A stretch of DNA of 64,000 nucleotides from Camelus ferus (lineage: Eukaryota): the NCBI RefSeq assembly GCF_009834535.1, contig NC_045696.1, positions 15,812,001-15,876,000 on the forward strand. The letters run 5' to 3'. The notes below the pieces were generated by a model, which worked only from the letters and a program-made list of their open reading frames with translations, ran no database searches and was not told where the DNA came from. Positions within the stretch are counted from its first letter, which is position 1. Each line of letters opens with the position of its first letter. Shown here piece by piece: positions 40,686 through 54,240 of the stretch. A program made the translations under genes and the position numbers.

Positions 40686-41599
40686 GCTGTTCACATATTC
40701 TAGATTTTCTAATTGTAACTATAAAATAGTTTCTGTTTTACAGTCAATTTAATGTTGGTGGAGGTTTCTAAATGCACAAGTTGCTCAAATTATAAATTTT
40801 AATTTTAATAGTGGCCATAATAAAACAAATTTAAGTTTAGGTTGCACCTGTGTGGAATTGCTCATCAGGAAAAGATGCTGAGAAAGGCAAAGCAATAGTT
40901 AGTTTCATTGAAGCTCCCCAGCTCCTCAGAGTCCTTCTGCATCTCCCAGAGGACATAACCAAACACCATGCACACCGAAACTCAACAGATAGTAGTTGGA
41001 CTGAATTTTACGCCACCAAATCCAGAGAAATTAAGGTTTAAAGAAATAATAAAACAAAATATCTGAGGTTTCCTGCTGCTCAGGGTTCTGCCAAGACATC
41101 TTAATGGTCATGTTCATAAAGTGTAGTACAAAGTCAAAGCAACTATGTGGGCAATTTGGATTTTTAAAAAAAATCTGTGCAAGTTAGAAAAAGGAAAGCA
41201 AATTAACCAACTAAGTAAGGGATAGATGGGGTGGGGAGGATCTCTCTACATTTTTATTTCATCATTTGTGTTCTACATACTGGAAAGGAGGAGTGAGCCC
41301 TTTCCAAACTGTGACAGTTAATTCTCTGTGTAATCATTTGAGTTTCTTCTCTCTGAATGTGGCAACATTTACAAGATCATTTCCTTTAATTAAAATATTT
41401 TGGCTGTGTGCTCTGAGTTAAACAGCATCTCTCTATTCACTCAGGACTCCATCCTCAGGAAATGAGAGAGCCTCATGTCCCCAGAGTTAGGTCACCCCTC
41501 CCTGGCCTCCACACATCACTCAGAAGCCCTGAAGGGGGTATCCCAGGCCCCCACTCCTCACGACCTCTCAACATGCAGAGACTCATCACCACTCTCTGC

Positions 41600-44500
41600 C
41601 TTGAGGGCATCAAGATTCATCTAATTACGCTCCTTCCCACTAATTACATGCGTCATTCCAAGAAGCTCCAACTTCTAGGTGACCTTCATCTCCTGTATCC
41701 CCCACATCTCACCGTATCCCTGGGTCTTTTCCAACCCTGACTCTGCCCCTGGACCTCTTCCACTGTGCCCTCTGGAACTTGAGCCAGACAGCCTCAAAAA
41801 CATCCAATTGCCTCAACTCTCCTCTGGATCTTCATTGTCCTTCTTATTCTAACAGATACCTGGATCTCCCTAAGGGCTTGCTGCCTCTCAAATCCTCTCA
41901 AGGTGGTTACTTTCTCCCACTGCCTTATACCCTCAGTGGGGAGCTTGGGAAATGTCTTCCTTGATTCTCACTTCTACACAATTCTACCCTTCCTAAAACC
42001 CCCAGCTTTGAATTCCTCTTGCATCTCAAAAACCTTAGCATCCAGCTCACTGTCATTCCCTCTCCTAAAGGACCTCTGTCTTGAATCCTAGTGATTTCAT
42101 TACTCATATGAATGATGTTCCCAACATCCTGGACTCTCGACTCATCAAACGCCTCTCCTCCATAATCTTGATCTGAACAGTTCCTCAACCACAGATCCCC
42201 ACGGTCATAACCCAGGCCTTGTCATAATAAATAAATGCAACCCTCCTTAATTTCAATTTCAAAAATTCTGTTCTCTGACATCCAACCATCCTGCTCCAAT
42301 AAAACCTTCATTCCTTTAACCCTGCCCTCTTTCCACTCATTCTCCTGGTGTCTGCCTTCTCCTCTTGACCCAAACTTAAATTCTATCTCAATCACCCTTG
42401 TGAACATGCTCAGTCTCTTTCTCCTCCTCACTTTGTAACACATTTTTAGCAAAACTTAAACCCTGGTCAAGTTCACTTCTCTACCTTCTTGACACTTGCA
42501 TCTCTGAGACTAAATGTGGCGAGAGTAAAATGGGAAAAAACATGCTGGTTGGTCTCATTTTAAACTCATGACTTCCAACCCCAAGTGGGCTCTACTGCTG
42601 CCCCCAAATTATGCTCCCCTTCGTTGGACCACTCACACTCTCATTTAGCGAGTGACTAAAAGATACCTTCTCCTCTCTCCTGAATTGTTGACATTGTCCC
42701 ACCCTTCTGCACTCTGAAATGATGAACTTTCTTTTCACTTCACTGAGAATATTTAAGCCATCAGAAGAGAACTTCCTGAAGTTCCCACCACCACTACGTT
42801 GACCCATCTACCATCATTGGCCCCACACACTGTAAATTTGCTCCTGACACTCTGATCTGTGATCCTTAAAGAGTGGTCCATAGGCTAGCAACACCAGTAT
42901 CACCAGGGATATTAGATATGGAAATTCTCATATAGATTCAGGCTTACTGAATCAGAAACTTGGGGGTGGAGCCCAGCATTCTACCAAGTTCTAGAAATGA
43001 TTCTGACACATGCTAAAACTTAGGAACCATCTGGGAAACATCCTTTTTTACATTTTAAAAAAAGTCTTCTCCCAGAGACTCTTTAAATTTTTTGGCAGGG
43101 GGAGGAATAAAAGGTGGACATTAGGAGTTTTAAAAGCTCTTTCAAGTAGTTCTAATATGCAATTTTGAAAACCACTGCTATGAAAAACTGTCATCTGTAA
43201 GGACAGCCTCTTAATTTGATCAGTAGCGTCCACTCCTCTTGCTTCCTCAAAGACCTTTCTCTAGCAATTCTCCTCTCCTCTCTCTCTTGCATCTTTACTT
43301 TTTCTCCTCTGCTAGATCATTCCTATTTCCCTAAAACATGCTGTTCTCACTCGTTAGAAATTTTTTTTTTCTCTTGACTCCACCTGTCTCCAGTTACCGC
43401 CCTACTTTTCTACTTACCTTTACAGCAAAACACTTTTTATGAGTAGTATCTTTTTTGGTACTGTTTTGGATATAAAACTCTCTTAAGAGAACTCTATACT
43501 AATTATATCCAGTGCAGATCTTTCCATTTCCATTCTCATTGAACCCACTCGAATCTGCTTTTCCTCCCACTACTCTAGGACATCTGGACTGTCAAGAATA
43601 CTAATGGCCTCCATGCAACTCGAAGCCAATGGTTACGTATTAATCCTCACTGCATTTGACTTAGCCGCAGCAGCTCACGCTGCTGATCCCTCCCTCCCCC
43701 TGGAAACACTTTCCTCACTTTCTCCCTGCTGTGCTGGCAGCTCCTTCTCTGTCTCCTTTGTCAACTTCTCCGTAGTGCTGGGATGCTCCAGACCCCAGGC
43801 TTTGGTCCCTCCCTCATTTCTCTCCACACTCACTCCCTTGGTGAGCACATCTCATTTAATGAATTTAAAGGACATCTAACAATAACATCTACCAAATTTC
43901 TATCTCCTGGTAAGATATTCCTCCTAAACTCAAGACGCATAAAGCCATCTGTCTGTTCACCAAGTCCTAACAGACACCTGAAGCTCAACATGAGCAAAAC
44001 CGGTCGCCGAGCCTCCCTCCAAAAACAGGGCTCCTCCTACATTCTTCACCAAATCAATCAGTGGCAACTCTGCCTTTCCAGCTTGGCATCATCGTTAGTT
44101 CACACACACACACACACACATCCCATTCAGTCCATCAATCCCCACTGGCTCTACTTTTAAAATGTATTTGGAAACCCACCATCCACTGCATCCACCTGTA
44201 AACAACCATCTTTCTTGCCTGAATGAGGCAGCAGCACCCTCGTTGGTCTCTCAGTTCCACCCTTGTCTCACCAGTGTCTATTCTTAACTCACCATCCAGA
44301 GAGATACCTCTAAGATGTGCCAGCTCACGTCACCTTTTCACACAGAACTCTCCAATAGTTCCTCACTTCGCTCCCGGCAAGAGCTAAGGACGTTACAATC
44401 CCCAACAGTGCCGACCAATTCCGGTCGGCTGTGTCTCGGACTCGTTTCCTGGTGCTCCTCAGTCACTGCTCTGTACTCACGGTGACGCCCTTGCTATGCC

Positions 44501-45120
44501 TCCTCCTCGGAGCTTGTGCGCTCTGTCTTCAGTCCGCCCCTGCGGACCCCTCTCCTCCCTTCTCAGCCCAGCTCTGTGTGTGCTCTTTAAGGATGAACTC
44601 CGTGACTGACCGCCACCATCTCCCTCGTGCTCTGCTTCCAGGTGGATTCAGCCTGTGGAGGTCACGGCAGAAGATCTGAAGGAAGGACGAGAGTGAGGCT
44701 GGAGTCTCCCCTGTTCTCTCCTTCCCGGTGCTTCCTCCCTGCAGGGCTCGCGCAGGCGCTGCATCCCTCCGCCTAAGGTCACAGCTCCCGTCAGGCGGAT
44801 GTCCTCTCTCCAGGTGCCCAAACCACTCCCAGTAATCTCTCAGGCCTCGTGATGATGAAGGCGCCCCTCCATCTCCAGCTCCTGAAATCTATACTGTCCC
44901 TTGTCATTCCCTTACAGCCGGCCCACATTTTTAAAAATAATCGCTTTTTTTCAACTCTTCTCGAAACATCCAGTTTGACTGTATCATCAGTCCTCTATTC
45001 TGACTGATCCAGGGCCTTTGCACTTGCTGCTTCCTCCGCCTGCAGCGCTCTTTTCCAAGATATGTACAGCACGCACCCTCCAGCCTCTTACAAGTCTTCA
45101 CTTGAATGTCACCTTCTCAC
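41600..45120 (+). mobile_element. Long L2 LINE remnant with nested MER5-like (~42850-43180) and LTR16-like (~44520-45005) insertions
   Basis: Pyrimidine-rich L2 motifs: cacttcactgagaa...agaagagaacttcc, ctcaacatgagcaaaac and cagggcctttgcacttgctg. Confidence 0.8.
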
Positions 45121-46021
45121 AATGAAATATCTCCTCGCATCTGTTAGAATGGCTATTGTCAAAAAGACAAGAAACAGGAAGTGGTGGCAGGATGTGGAGA
45201 AAGGAGAACCCTTGTGCACTGTTGGCAGGAATGTAAACTGGCCAATATGGAAAACAGTATGGAGATTCCTCAAAAAAATTTAAATACTATCATATGATCC
45301 AGCAATTCCACTCCTGAGTATTTACCCAAAGCAAAACTGAAAACATTAATTTAAAAAGATACATGCACTCCTATGTTCACTGAAGCATAATTTAAAATAC
45401 CCAAGATGAAGAAGCAACCTAAGTGCCCATCAATAGATAAATGGATAAAGATGTGGAGTGTATACACACACACACACACATATACATATATATATGCATA
45501 TACATGTACATACATACATATACACATATATACGCATATACATGTACATACATACATATACAATGTAAGATTACCCAGTCATAAAAAAGAATGAAATCTT
45601 TCCATTTGCAACAACATGGGTGGACCTAGAGGGTATCATATTAAGTGAAATCAGTCAGACGGAGAAAGACAAATACTGTATGATCTCACTTATGTGTGGA
45701 AACTAAGAGACAAGATGAAAGAATAAACATAAGTAAACAGAAACAGAGTCATAGCTACAAAGAACAAATAGGTAGTTGCCAGAGGGGAGGGGGCTGGGAT
45801 GAGGAGAGAAATAGGTGAGAGAGATTAAAAGGTACAAGTTCCAGCTATGGAAAAATTTTTTTTCTGTTTCTTTAATATATTTATATGAGGTGATAGATGT
45901 TCACTAAACTCACTGTAAGAATCATTTCATGATGAATGTAAGTCAAATCATTATGCTGTATACCTGAAACTTATACAGTGCTGTATGCCAATTATATCTC
46001 AATACAACTGGAAGAAAAATA

Positions 46022-46065
<44 letters not shown>

Positions 46066-46070
46066 ATATA
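45121..46070 (+). mobile_element. L1MA-like 3' fragment with internal (CA/TA)n and (TAAA)n tail
   Basis: gttagaatggctattgtcaaaaagacaag...gatccagcaattccactcctg, i.e. the ORF2 end, then 3'UTR. Confidence 0.93.
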
Positions 46071-48699
46071 AAATTACAAAATAAAACAGAAGAAAGGAAT
46101 TTCGGGGTTTTTTTTGTTTGTTTGGTTGGTTGGTTTTTAGTTTCTTCCATTTATTGCACATTTACTGGTACTAAGTTTACTGCCTGGGACTAAACACATA
46201 ATGTAGTTTTTTTAAGGAATTTCAGTATTTTGAGTTAGAAGCCTGAGAATTCTGACCACACGTCGATCACATCCCTAATGGAAGGTTCTCTAAACTTCCA
46301 TTTCCTTAACTCTAGAATGAGCCTAATAATACTTCTTTTGGAGGTTTGTTAGGAGAATTAAATGAGATACTGTGTAAGTAGCTCTTAAACTTTGCCTGGC
46401 ACATAAAAATCATCAATAAATAAGGAAACTTTCTCTTTATTAGTATTACCTTATCATAACAATATTACGATTATTTTACCTTCTTGGTTATAATCCTAAA
46501 ATTACATTCCAGAGCACCCAGAATAAGAATCCTCATTTTAGTTTCTATAAACTTCATAATCTGGCTTCTACCTACATTTAGCTTCACCTCCTTAACCACT
46601 TTCACATGCCATGTCTTCCCTAGACACATGGGACAATTGTAGTACCCAAAATATACCCTGTTGTGTCCTCAGCATACCCACATTACTGTCATCTGTATCT
46701 TGAATACCTTTATCCTTTTTATCAGCTAGAAGATTCCTATTCATTCTTTAAAACTCAGATCAAATCTCAAAATCTGCTAGGAAATGTCCCCTTTCCCCAG
46801 AGTCTCATTTATTCATGTGTATGGGAATAACCTCTTTGGTGTACCTACATCTTTGTGTAACCACATCAACATTTTATTATCTTGTTCTATTTGTGCTTCT
46901 TAGCGTGACTCTCTCTCCCCAGTCCCCTAGTCTCATATCATAAACTCCATCCATACAAGGGTCTTGTCTGTGTCTTCATCTGTTTATATGCCCTGCATAT
47001 AGCAAGTGCTCAATACCAGTAGATGAAGGAAAGGAAGAAAGGAGGAAAGAAAAAAAAGAAAAAGGGAGGGAAGGAGGGAGGAAGGAAAGAGCAAACAGGA
47101 AAATAAGAATAAGTAGACTGAAAAAAAGAAAACCAAAGCTATTTCTTACTATGCTGAAGTCCCATAGTATTAGTTCTTTAGCTTCTGAAAGCTCATAGAC
47201 CCCCATTTTCCTGCAGCAAGAGATGTTTTACTCTCCCAGGTGGAGGGTTCATGACGTCAGCTCCCTGCAAACAATCTCCCAGGTAGCTTTGCTTCTGTGC
47301 TCCCTATTCAATCAAATCCCTGCCTGTTTTAATCCACTGTGATCTGCAGATCTTCATCCTCACAAATGATCCTTTATTAATTCTGGAGAGATTTATCCCT
47401 TTGACTTTTTTGTAGGGCCCTTTCAATGAAGGGAACAAAAGGATAACCTGTGAAAAGAGCCAGAGAGAGGAATTTGTGTTTCACTTGCATTATTCCCCAG
47501 AAACTCAGGGATTCATTGAACAAATACATTTTGAGCACCTGCTCTTTGCCTGATAGTGCAGTACACACAGGAAATACAAACATCAATAAGTTAAAGTCCT
47601 AGTTTGGCAAGAGCACACAGATTGGTGGATTCTTTCAACTAACATTGCTTTGAGTACCTATTGTGTGCCAGGCATTGGACTAGGTGCTGGGGAAACAGCG
47701 GTGAACAAAACAGAAGAAGTCCCTGATCTCATGGCAGTGACACCCTAGTAAAGAAAGCAAACAATAAACACTTGGGTTGCTCTGAGGATGAAAGAATGAA
47801 GAGGAACAAAAGTGAGCACAGGGAGATCAATTACCCACTTGAGGTTGATCAATCAAGAGGTGATTGTACATTTCTTGGAGTAGCGTGGGAATAATGGTAA
47901 AAAGAAAAAAAAACTATTCAATTCTGTAGTCAACCGAATCTGCTGACAGATTAAACATGAGTTATTAAAGAGAAAAATGAGTCACCCTGACATCAACTGT
48001 ACTTGGATTATGTACTTGAGAGAAGAGAGCTGCCTTGACTTGAGTTGGAAAAGTCATCAAGAGGAGTAGGTTTTTTTTCAGTGAAATAACAACAGCAAAG
48101 CATTTATGCATAATCACTATACGAATGTAATTGGAAAAGATGCATTGGTGTAACACCAATACAGGATGTGCTGTATTGGTGGAACTGTAACAGCGATGTA
48201 ACTTACCACAGTAAGTGTTCAGAACTTCATTTTCTCCTGCATCGGAGTTAAGACAGAGGAACATTATGTATCTGAGAAAAGAACTGCTTTATTCTTCATG
48301 GATTAAGATAAAGGAACACCAATTCTTTAAGAGTATGATGCTTCTTCATGGCAGCAGAAGTTGTAGATCATGAATAATGGCTTATGTCATGGAAGTAAAT
48401 GAATATTCTCCGATAGCAGAGAAAAGCATGATTAATTCCTCTCTGAAGGGACACTGGCTTATTACACATCCACCTTCATTAAATATTTAGCCTCAGTTGT
48501 AAAAACTGTGGAAAGCAAAACCCTCAGTTCATATATCAGAAGAATCAGAATGTTTCTCAAAGTTTATCATTTGTGTTTTGACCAAGGAACATTTGGTGGA
48601 TTTTAGTAGTGCTTTATGTAGAATGTGTTGAGTCCTTATACTTCAATAAATAAAAATTAGCCCTTGTTTACATGGTAAAAAAAAAAAAAGTGTTTTAAG

Positions 48700-49310
48700 A
48701 GGATGAACTGTGACAAATGTTACTGATGTAAAATTAAGACTGAGATTTACCTTTGAACTTGACAATTTTAAGGCACTGGTGACCATGACAAGAGCAGTTT
48801 TTAAGAAGGAATAGGGTAGAGAGCCTGACAGAAGGATGTTCAGAGAGAACACAATGGACAATAATGGGAAACATAGAATATAGAGAACTCCTAAGGTGTT
48901 TCTCCAAAAGGAGCAGTGAGATGGAGTCACAGCTGGAGGAATAGCCGGGTTGAGGGAGGGTTGTTTAGGTGGAAGATTTATAGTTCCTTTGCAAGCTAAC
49001 AGAAAAGACACAAGGTGAGTAGAAATTGATGATGGAGGAGGAAAGAAGTCCTGGAGAAGTAGAAAAAAAATGGAAACTAATGATGGAATAGAGAAGTTGG
49101 ATTTAGATAAAATGAGAGAGGACAGAACCACCATGGTTACTGGAGATTAAGGCATGAAAAGATGTGTTATATTTACTAATGGAATGTGTCCAATTCTCTT
49201 TTGATTGTTTTTTTTTTTTTCAGTGAAATAAAAAGAAGAGATGAGACAGAAATGGGGAGGTGATGGTGGAGGCTTGGGAGAAAGCAGAATGTATGAACCA
49301 GTTAGTCACC
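48700..49310 (-). mobile_element. L2 fragment
   Basis: cactggtgaccatgacaagagcagttt and ttttcagtgaaata. Confidence 0.65.
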
Positions 49311-49925
49311 TGGGACAGTTTTTAATTACCTCTCTATGGAATGCTTACTGCCAAAGTCCCCCATCGAAATCATGTGAACCTATGTCGTGACCACAGATCA
49401 TCACTGAGAGGTGAGCTCTTGTTCTAAATTTGGTTAATTCTGCCTTCTCTATGACCACCACCTTCTAGATAGGCCTAGGAGGGAGAATCTCATACAAGAT
49501 GGGCAAATACTGATTCCTTCCGTGGGAATTTTGGACCTAGATATGAGAGAGTCAATCCCTCTCTTGAAAGGCTTGGTTGGTGGAAACGTAAGTCCTTATT
49601 TCATGCCATGGGAAAACACGAAGCAATATTGGTGAAGGGTGGGGGGAGGGGAAGAATAAAGTGCATAAATAACGAAGTGAGAGAGTCCTGAGTGTGTTGT
49701 TAACTCTAATTCTAGGCATTCCTGAATCCTAGACCTGGGATTGCAAGAGAATCCTTATTTACTATCCCATGTCCCTTTTAGTGCTTAACATCACTTAACT
49801 TTGGGTCTATCCTATGCAGCTGTAAGATTCCAAAATAAGCCACCTCCACCATGGCTGGCCTTGTGAATAGGCAGAATAGGTACTAAGGGTATATATAATA
49901 TAAGGGATTCAGTAAAGTGTATCTT

Positions 49926-50056
49926 TTATTTGCAGGGGTTGGGGGGGTAATTAGGTTTATTTATTTATTTTATGTATTAATGGAGGTATTGGGGATTGAA
50001 CCCAGGACCTTGTGTATGCTAGGCATACACTCTACCACTGAGCTAGACCCTCCCTC
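49926..50056 (-). mobile_element. Vic-1-like SINE
   Basis: ggggattgaacccaggacc...ctctaccactgagcta. TSD aaagtgtatctt / aaagtgaacctt. Confidence 0.92.
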
Positions 50057-50994
50057 TCAAAAGTGAACCTTCTTGAGCAAAGCATCTTCCCTAATTCACC
50101 AGCTGTGGTTTACGAAATTCCACAGTGAGGGTGGAAGGGAATCGCCATTTACAGAGTTCCTTCTAGAAGTCACACCCTAAGCTGAGTGTCTTAAAAATAT
50201 TATCTCATTGAGAAAGTCAGTCCTTTGGTACTGGAGAAAAGCTTATTCTTCCAGAGCCCACGGAAGAAATAGCTGTTCCTAAAACAGATCCGTACATGTC
50301 CAAAATATTATTATATATGCCACTCATCGCTCCGGCTTTAGGTGGGAATAACATTAATTATGGTGTTTAGAAATGTTAAAAAAAATTAAGATTTAATGAG
50401 AAGAAATCAGTGAGGCCAAAAAATGTGACCACTTGAACTGGAGACCAAGACATTAGGACAGAGGGCTAGGAGTGAAGTGGCAGCCACCAAGAGTACAACA
50501 GCAGACAGAGGTAAATAGGATATTTAAAGAAGAAGGAAAAAAAAAAAAAGCTCTAGGCAGCTGCTAAAAGAAACACATCCAGATGGATAAAAATGTGTCT
50601 GGGAAGGAGAGAGATTGGTGCATGAAAATGCCTATTAAGGGCATCAGTTGTTGCTCAATACGTCAGCTGGGCATTCTCCACTGGATGATAAGGTTTGAAG
50701 GGATTACACGAAAACTAATGTCCTTAGTTATCAGACGTTCAAAACAGAAAGATCTGCCTGGCTTCAGCTTAGACGTCAGGGTAGAAGACAAATGTGACAT
50801 GGAAAATAAACATCCATGAAAGTCAACTCTCAATCCCATGAAAAGCCTTTTATTTTCAGCTAGAATAAATAACAAGAGGCTGTATTTACTGTAATTTGGC
50901 TACCAAAACAGGTATCTAATGCATATATATTTATATAATATACATATATATACAAGATATATATTGGATATCTCTTTGATTTGGTAGCTAAATT

Positions 50995-51002
<8 letters not shown>

Positions 51003-51049
<47 letters not shown>
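51003..51049. repeat. (TA)n microsatellite
   Basis: Uninterrupted TA run of more than 20 units. Confidence 0.97.
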
Positions 51050-51055
<6 letters not shown>

Positions 51056-53386
51056 CTCTACCAAACATATTATTAAGGAAAAATTATGGGGACAATTCAA
51101 GGCCAAAGTGGCAAGGTTATCAGGTTATCATCTGGGGTGGGGAAATCCTTAGCAACGAGTTCTCTGCACGGAAAAGGATCAACAGTAGAATCCTCACTCA
51201 AGCCCACCCACTTTCGGAACCAGGAACTCTACCCAATACTTAGTTTAAATCTTAGTTCTAGAATTTTTTGTTTCCCAGCAATCAGGGCCTGCTGAAGGAG
51301 AGCTGTTTACAATCTGGGAAGTGTTCATACAATTATTTGAAGCTCAGTTCTCCCTTTTCTCCCCTTTTCTTTCCCCATCTGAGTCTCATTTGAGAGATCT
51401 TTCCTCAAGCAATTCTCAATCAAGGTGTAGAAAAAAAATATTTCTGAACAGAAGGAATTGTAAGGCTTTTCAAAACAGCACATTGAAACGTGATTTGAAA
51501 TGTATAACCCAAAGTTTAAAATATTGCCCTTTATTCCAGACGCATAGAATGCTAGACCTGGAAATTTCAGAATCATTTCGTACAAAATGCTCATTGTGTT
51601 CATAAATAAACTAGGGCCCAGACAGCCAAAAAGATGGGGCCACAGCCACCCTGACTGGATTGCACAATTGGAAGGAAATCAGAGGGGTTCTACTCCCAGC
51701 CACAATTTCTTCTGAAATATACTTACTGAGGTTTGTGAAGAACTTTTATAAACTCCTGACAGCATTTGAATCCAGACATTAATAACTAATCTGAAGAAGA
51801 TTGCTAAAAAGATGATTAATTCAAGAATCTCAACAGCACATAATCTTTATGAATGAAACTAAGTCATTCATTAAAAACTGGAAGGGGAGAGAAAATTGTA
51901 AATATCCAAAATAATGCTCTAAAGTTATCCATGTAACACATAGATGATTACCATAAAAGTTACCCCAAAATTCTATTTTTTATAGATTCATCAAAAATGA
52001 CTCTGGGAAAAAAAAATAGTAGAACCTAGAAGAAGTGGTTCCTGACAGAGCGTATCCAACTGGTGGTCCTTTTCCATCCAAAGTGTTAGCAGAGTGCAAC
52101 AGGTCTTCACCCAAGAAGACAGCTGAGAAAATACTAGACTAGCTGGACAGGTACAGCAGAACTGTGAACTTTCTCCAGTAAATTCAGGAACTGTTTTAAA
52201 CAGAAAAGGCTTACTAAAACGTAAGAATAAAGGCATTGATTAAATAATAAAATGAAGTCGGTTCACTGAAGTCACTAAAGATTTGGGGGGACACTCACTC
52301 TAGTCCAGCTCCAGTGCCCCCTTCCCCACGATGGAGAAATGCTCAGAGATGGAAGATGTCAGCTGACTGGACTGAGGTCCAGGAACTCAGGCCCGGTCTT
52401 TTCCTGAGCAATCAAGGAAGGGTGGGAAAGACAGGAAACTCACTGCAGGAAGAAAGGTAAGAAATGTATGGGGGAAATGGGAATAAAGTTGCGTCAGGCA
52501 CCAACAGAGAGCGCAACAAGGACACAAGATGGGTGAGTAGGCTAGTGGGTCATCAGCAGTCCCACCCATTGGACAAGAGACCCAGTGAGGCTCAGCTGAC
52601 CAGCTTGGTTCTGTCTTAAAGGATCCTCATGATGGGGCAGCTTGAGGGCCTTAGCTTGATCCAGTGACTGTGAATCATGGGTTTCAACACAAAGCCACTT
52701 TTAACAGAATGCCAAATGAAAGTAAAGAAAATGGGGTGCCTGCCCAAAGGAGCAGAAATAATGGGCCTGCTCTCCCTTCAGTGTATTAACCTTCAGGGGA
52801 GAAAAGAGCTTTAAGGACAGAGGAACCAGCAGCTTCTCAGGCATTAAGAAGACTGAGGGAAATGGTACTGGACTGGAGCAGAGAGGAAATTATTTACCTG
52901 CCTCAGAGAGGACATTCCTGTTGTTATTGCCCCTATAAACCATCTTCACCCTTGGTTCCAAATCAGGCAGGGCTGATGGGATTTGTTGAGGCAATATATC
53001 AAATTAGTCCTGTTGAGGAAACTCTGGAGGGAGGTCTGGGGCCAAGGAGTGAAATTTATCTGAAATTTACCCTGAAATTTATCTAAGTGGCAGGACACTG
53101 AGAAGAGCAAATGGAGCTCCTAGCTGCCACTTGGACTTCAAAGCCAAAATAATGACAATTAGGAGGCTTGTGCCTTAACTTCTGGGGAAGAAAGGAAGAT
53201 CCAAAGAGCAAACCAATGTCTACCCAAAGTCTTTATTCCCAGGCTTGAACTTGGGTGAAAATGGGAAAAAAAAAAGTCATGAACACAATCAGAAGTTCAG
53301 AGAGTTCCAGCACCATTAGGAAACCACGTGAGGGCTATAATGATGCACACCTATACCATGCATTGGATTAAGAACACTCAAGATGA

Positions 53387-53477
53387 GGGGAGAGCAATAG
53401 CTCAGTGGTAGAGTGCATGCTTAGCAATGCACAAGGTCCTGGGTTCAATCACCAGTACCTCCACTAAAAAAAAAAAG
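53387..53477 (+). mobile_element. Vic-1-like SINE
   Basis: ggggagagcaatagctcagtggtagag...gggttcaatc (A and B boxes) followed by an A tail. Confidence 0.93.
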
Positions 53478-53834
53478 AGTCAAGAGTGCTCAAGACGACA
53501 TAGATATAAAAGCGAATACGTTGTCTATTTAGCATCCAGGGAAAGATATTTGGCAACTTAGCGAACCCTGAAAGGCACTCAAGGGGCCCTGAGGAGCCCC
53601 CTGCAGCCTGGGTGGCTTCCCTTTCACCACCCTCAGTGTGTAGGAGGCATAAATGGTGCTTAGCAAAGCCACACAAGTCATCCAAACTTCTCAGGGTAAT
53701 GCACAGTCAGCTTCAACAGACCACAGCCAAACACAGTCTACTGATTTATGTTCTTGACGGTTCACAGCGAGTTCATCTTCTTCACGTGGACTAGCTAAGT
53801 CCTCCCTCCCGCCCCATCCCCCACCAATCTCCTC

Positions 53835-54240
53835 TGTCTTGGGTTCCTCAGAAGGCAGACTCTAAGAGTTTAATGTGCAGAATGTTTACTCAGGAGAGCC
53901 CTGCGTTTCAACACCTGAGGAAAGAAGGAAAAGGAAGCAAGATTTGGCAGAAGTTGAGTCATGATGCAGACTCATGACAGCCTCAAGCAACCTCATGGGC
54001 AGCTCTGATGCAAGATGCCCGTTCAGAGTTGTCCTGAGCTGGGCCAAGACAGCCAGGACTTTAAACCCTTCACTGATCAGTCTTGGGATGTGGGCCATTC
54101 TGGGAATGAGGAATGGGTGTAACCCTTGGGCAGGGCAGTCCCCTGAAGGGGCTGACAGCTGAAGGCATCCTGACAGCTGGAGAAGCAAATCCTGCCTTAA
54201 AGGCAGACCAGGGACAGCACGTCACAGTGTATACCACACT
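53835..54240 (-). mobile_element. LTR16-like ERVL LTR
   Basis: gggttcctcagaaggcagactctaagag...tgcagaatgttta...taccaca. Confidence 0.55.

Noticed and set aside
53387..53465. tRNA gene
   Set aside because: The tRNA-like A/B boxes have an A tail, TSD-like flanks and several diverged copies in the window, so this is a SINE.
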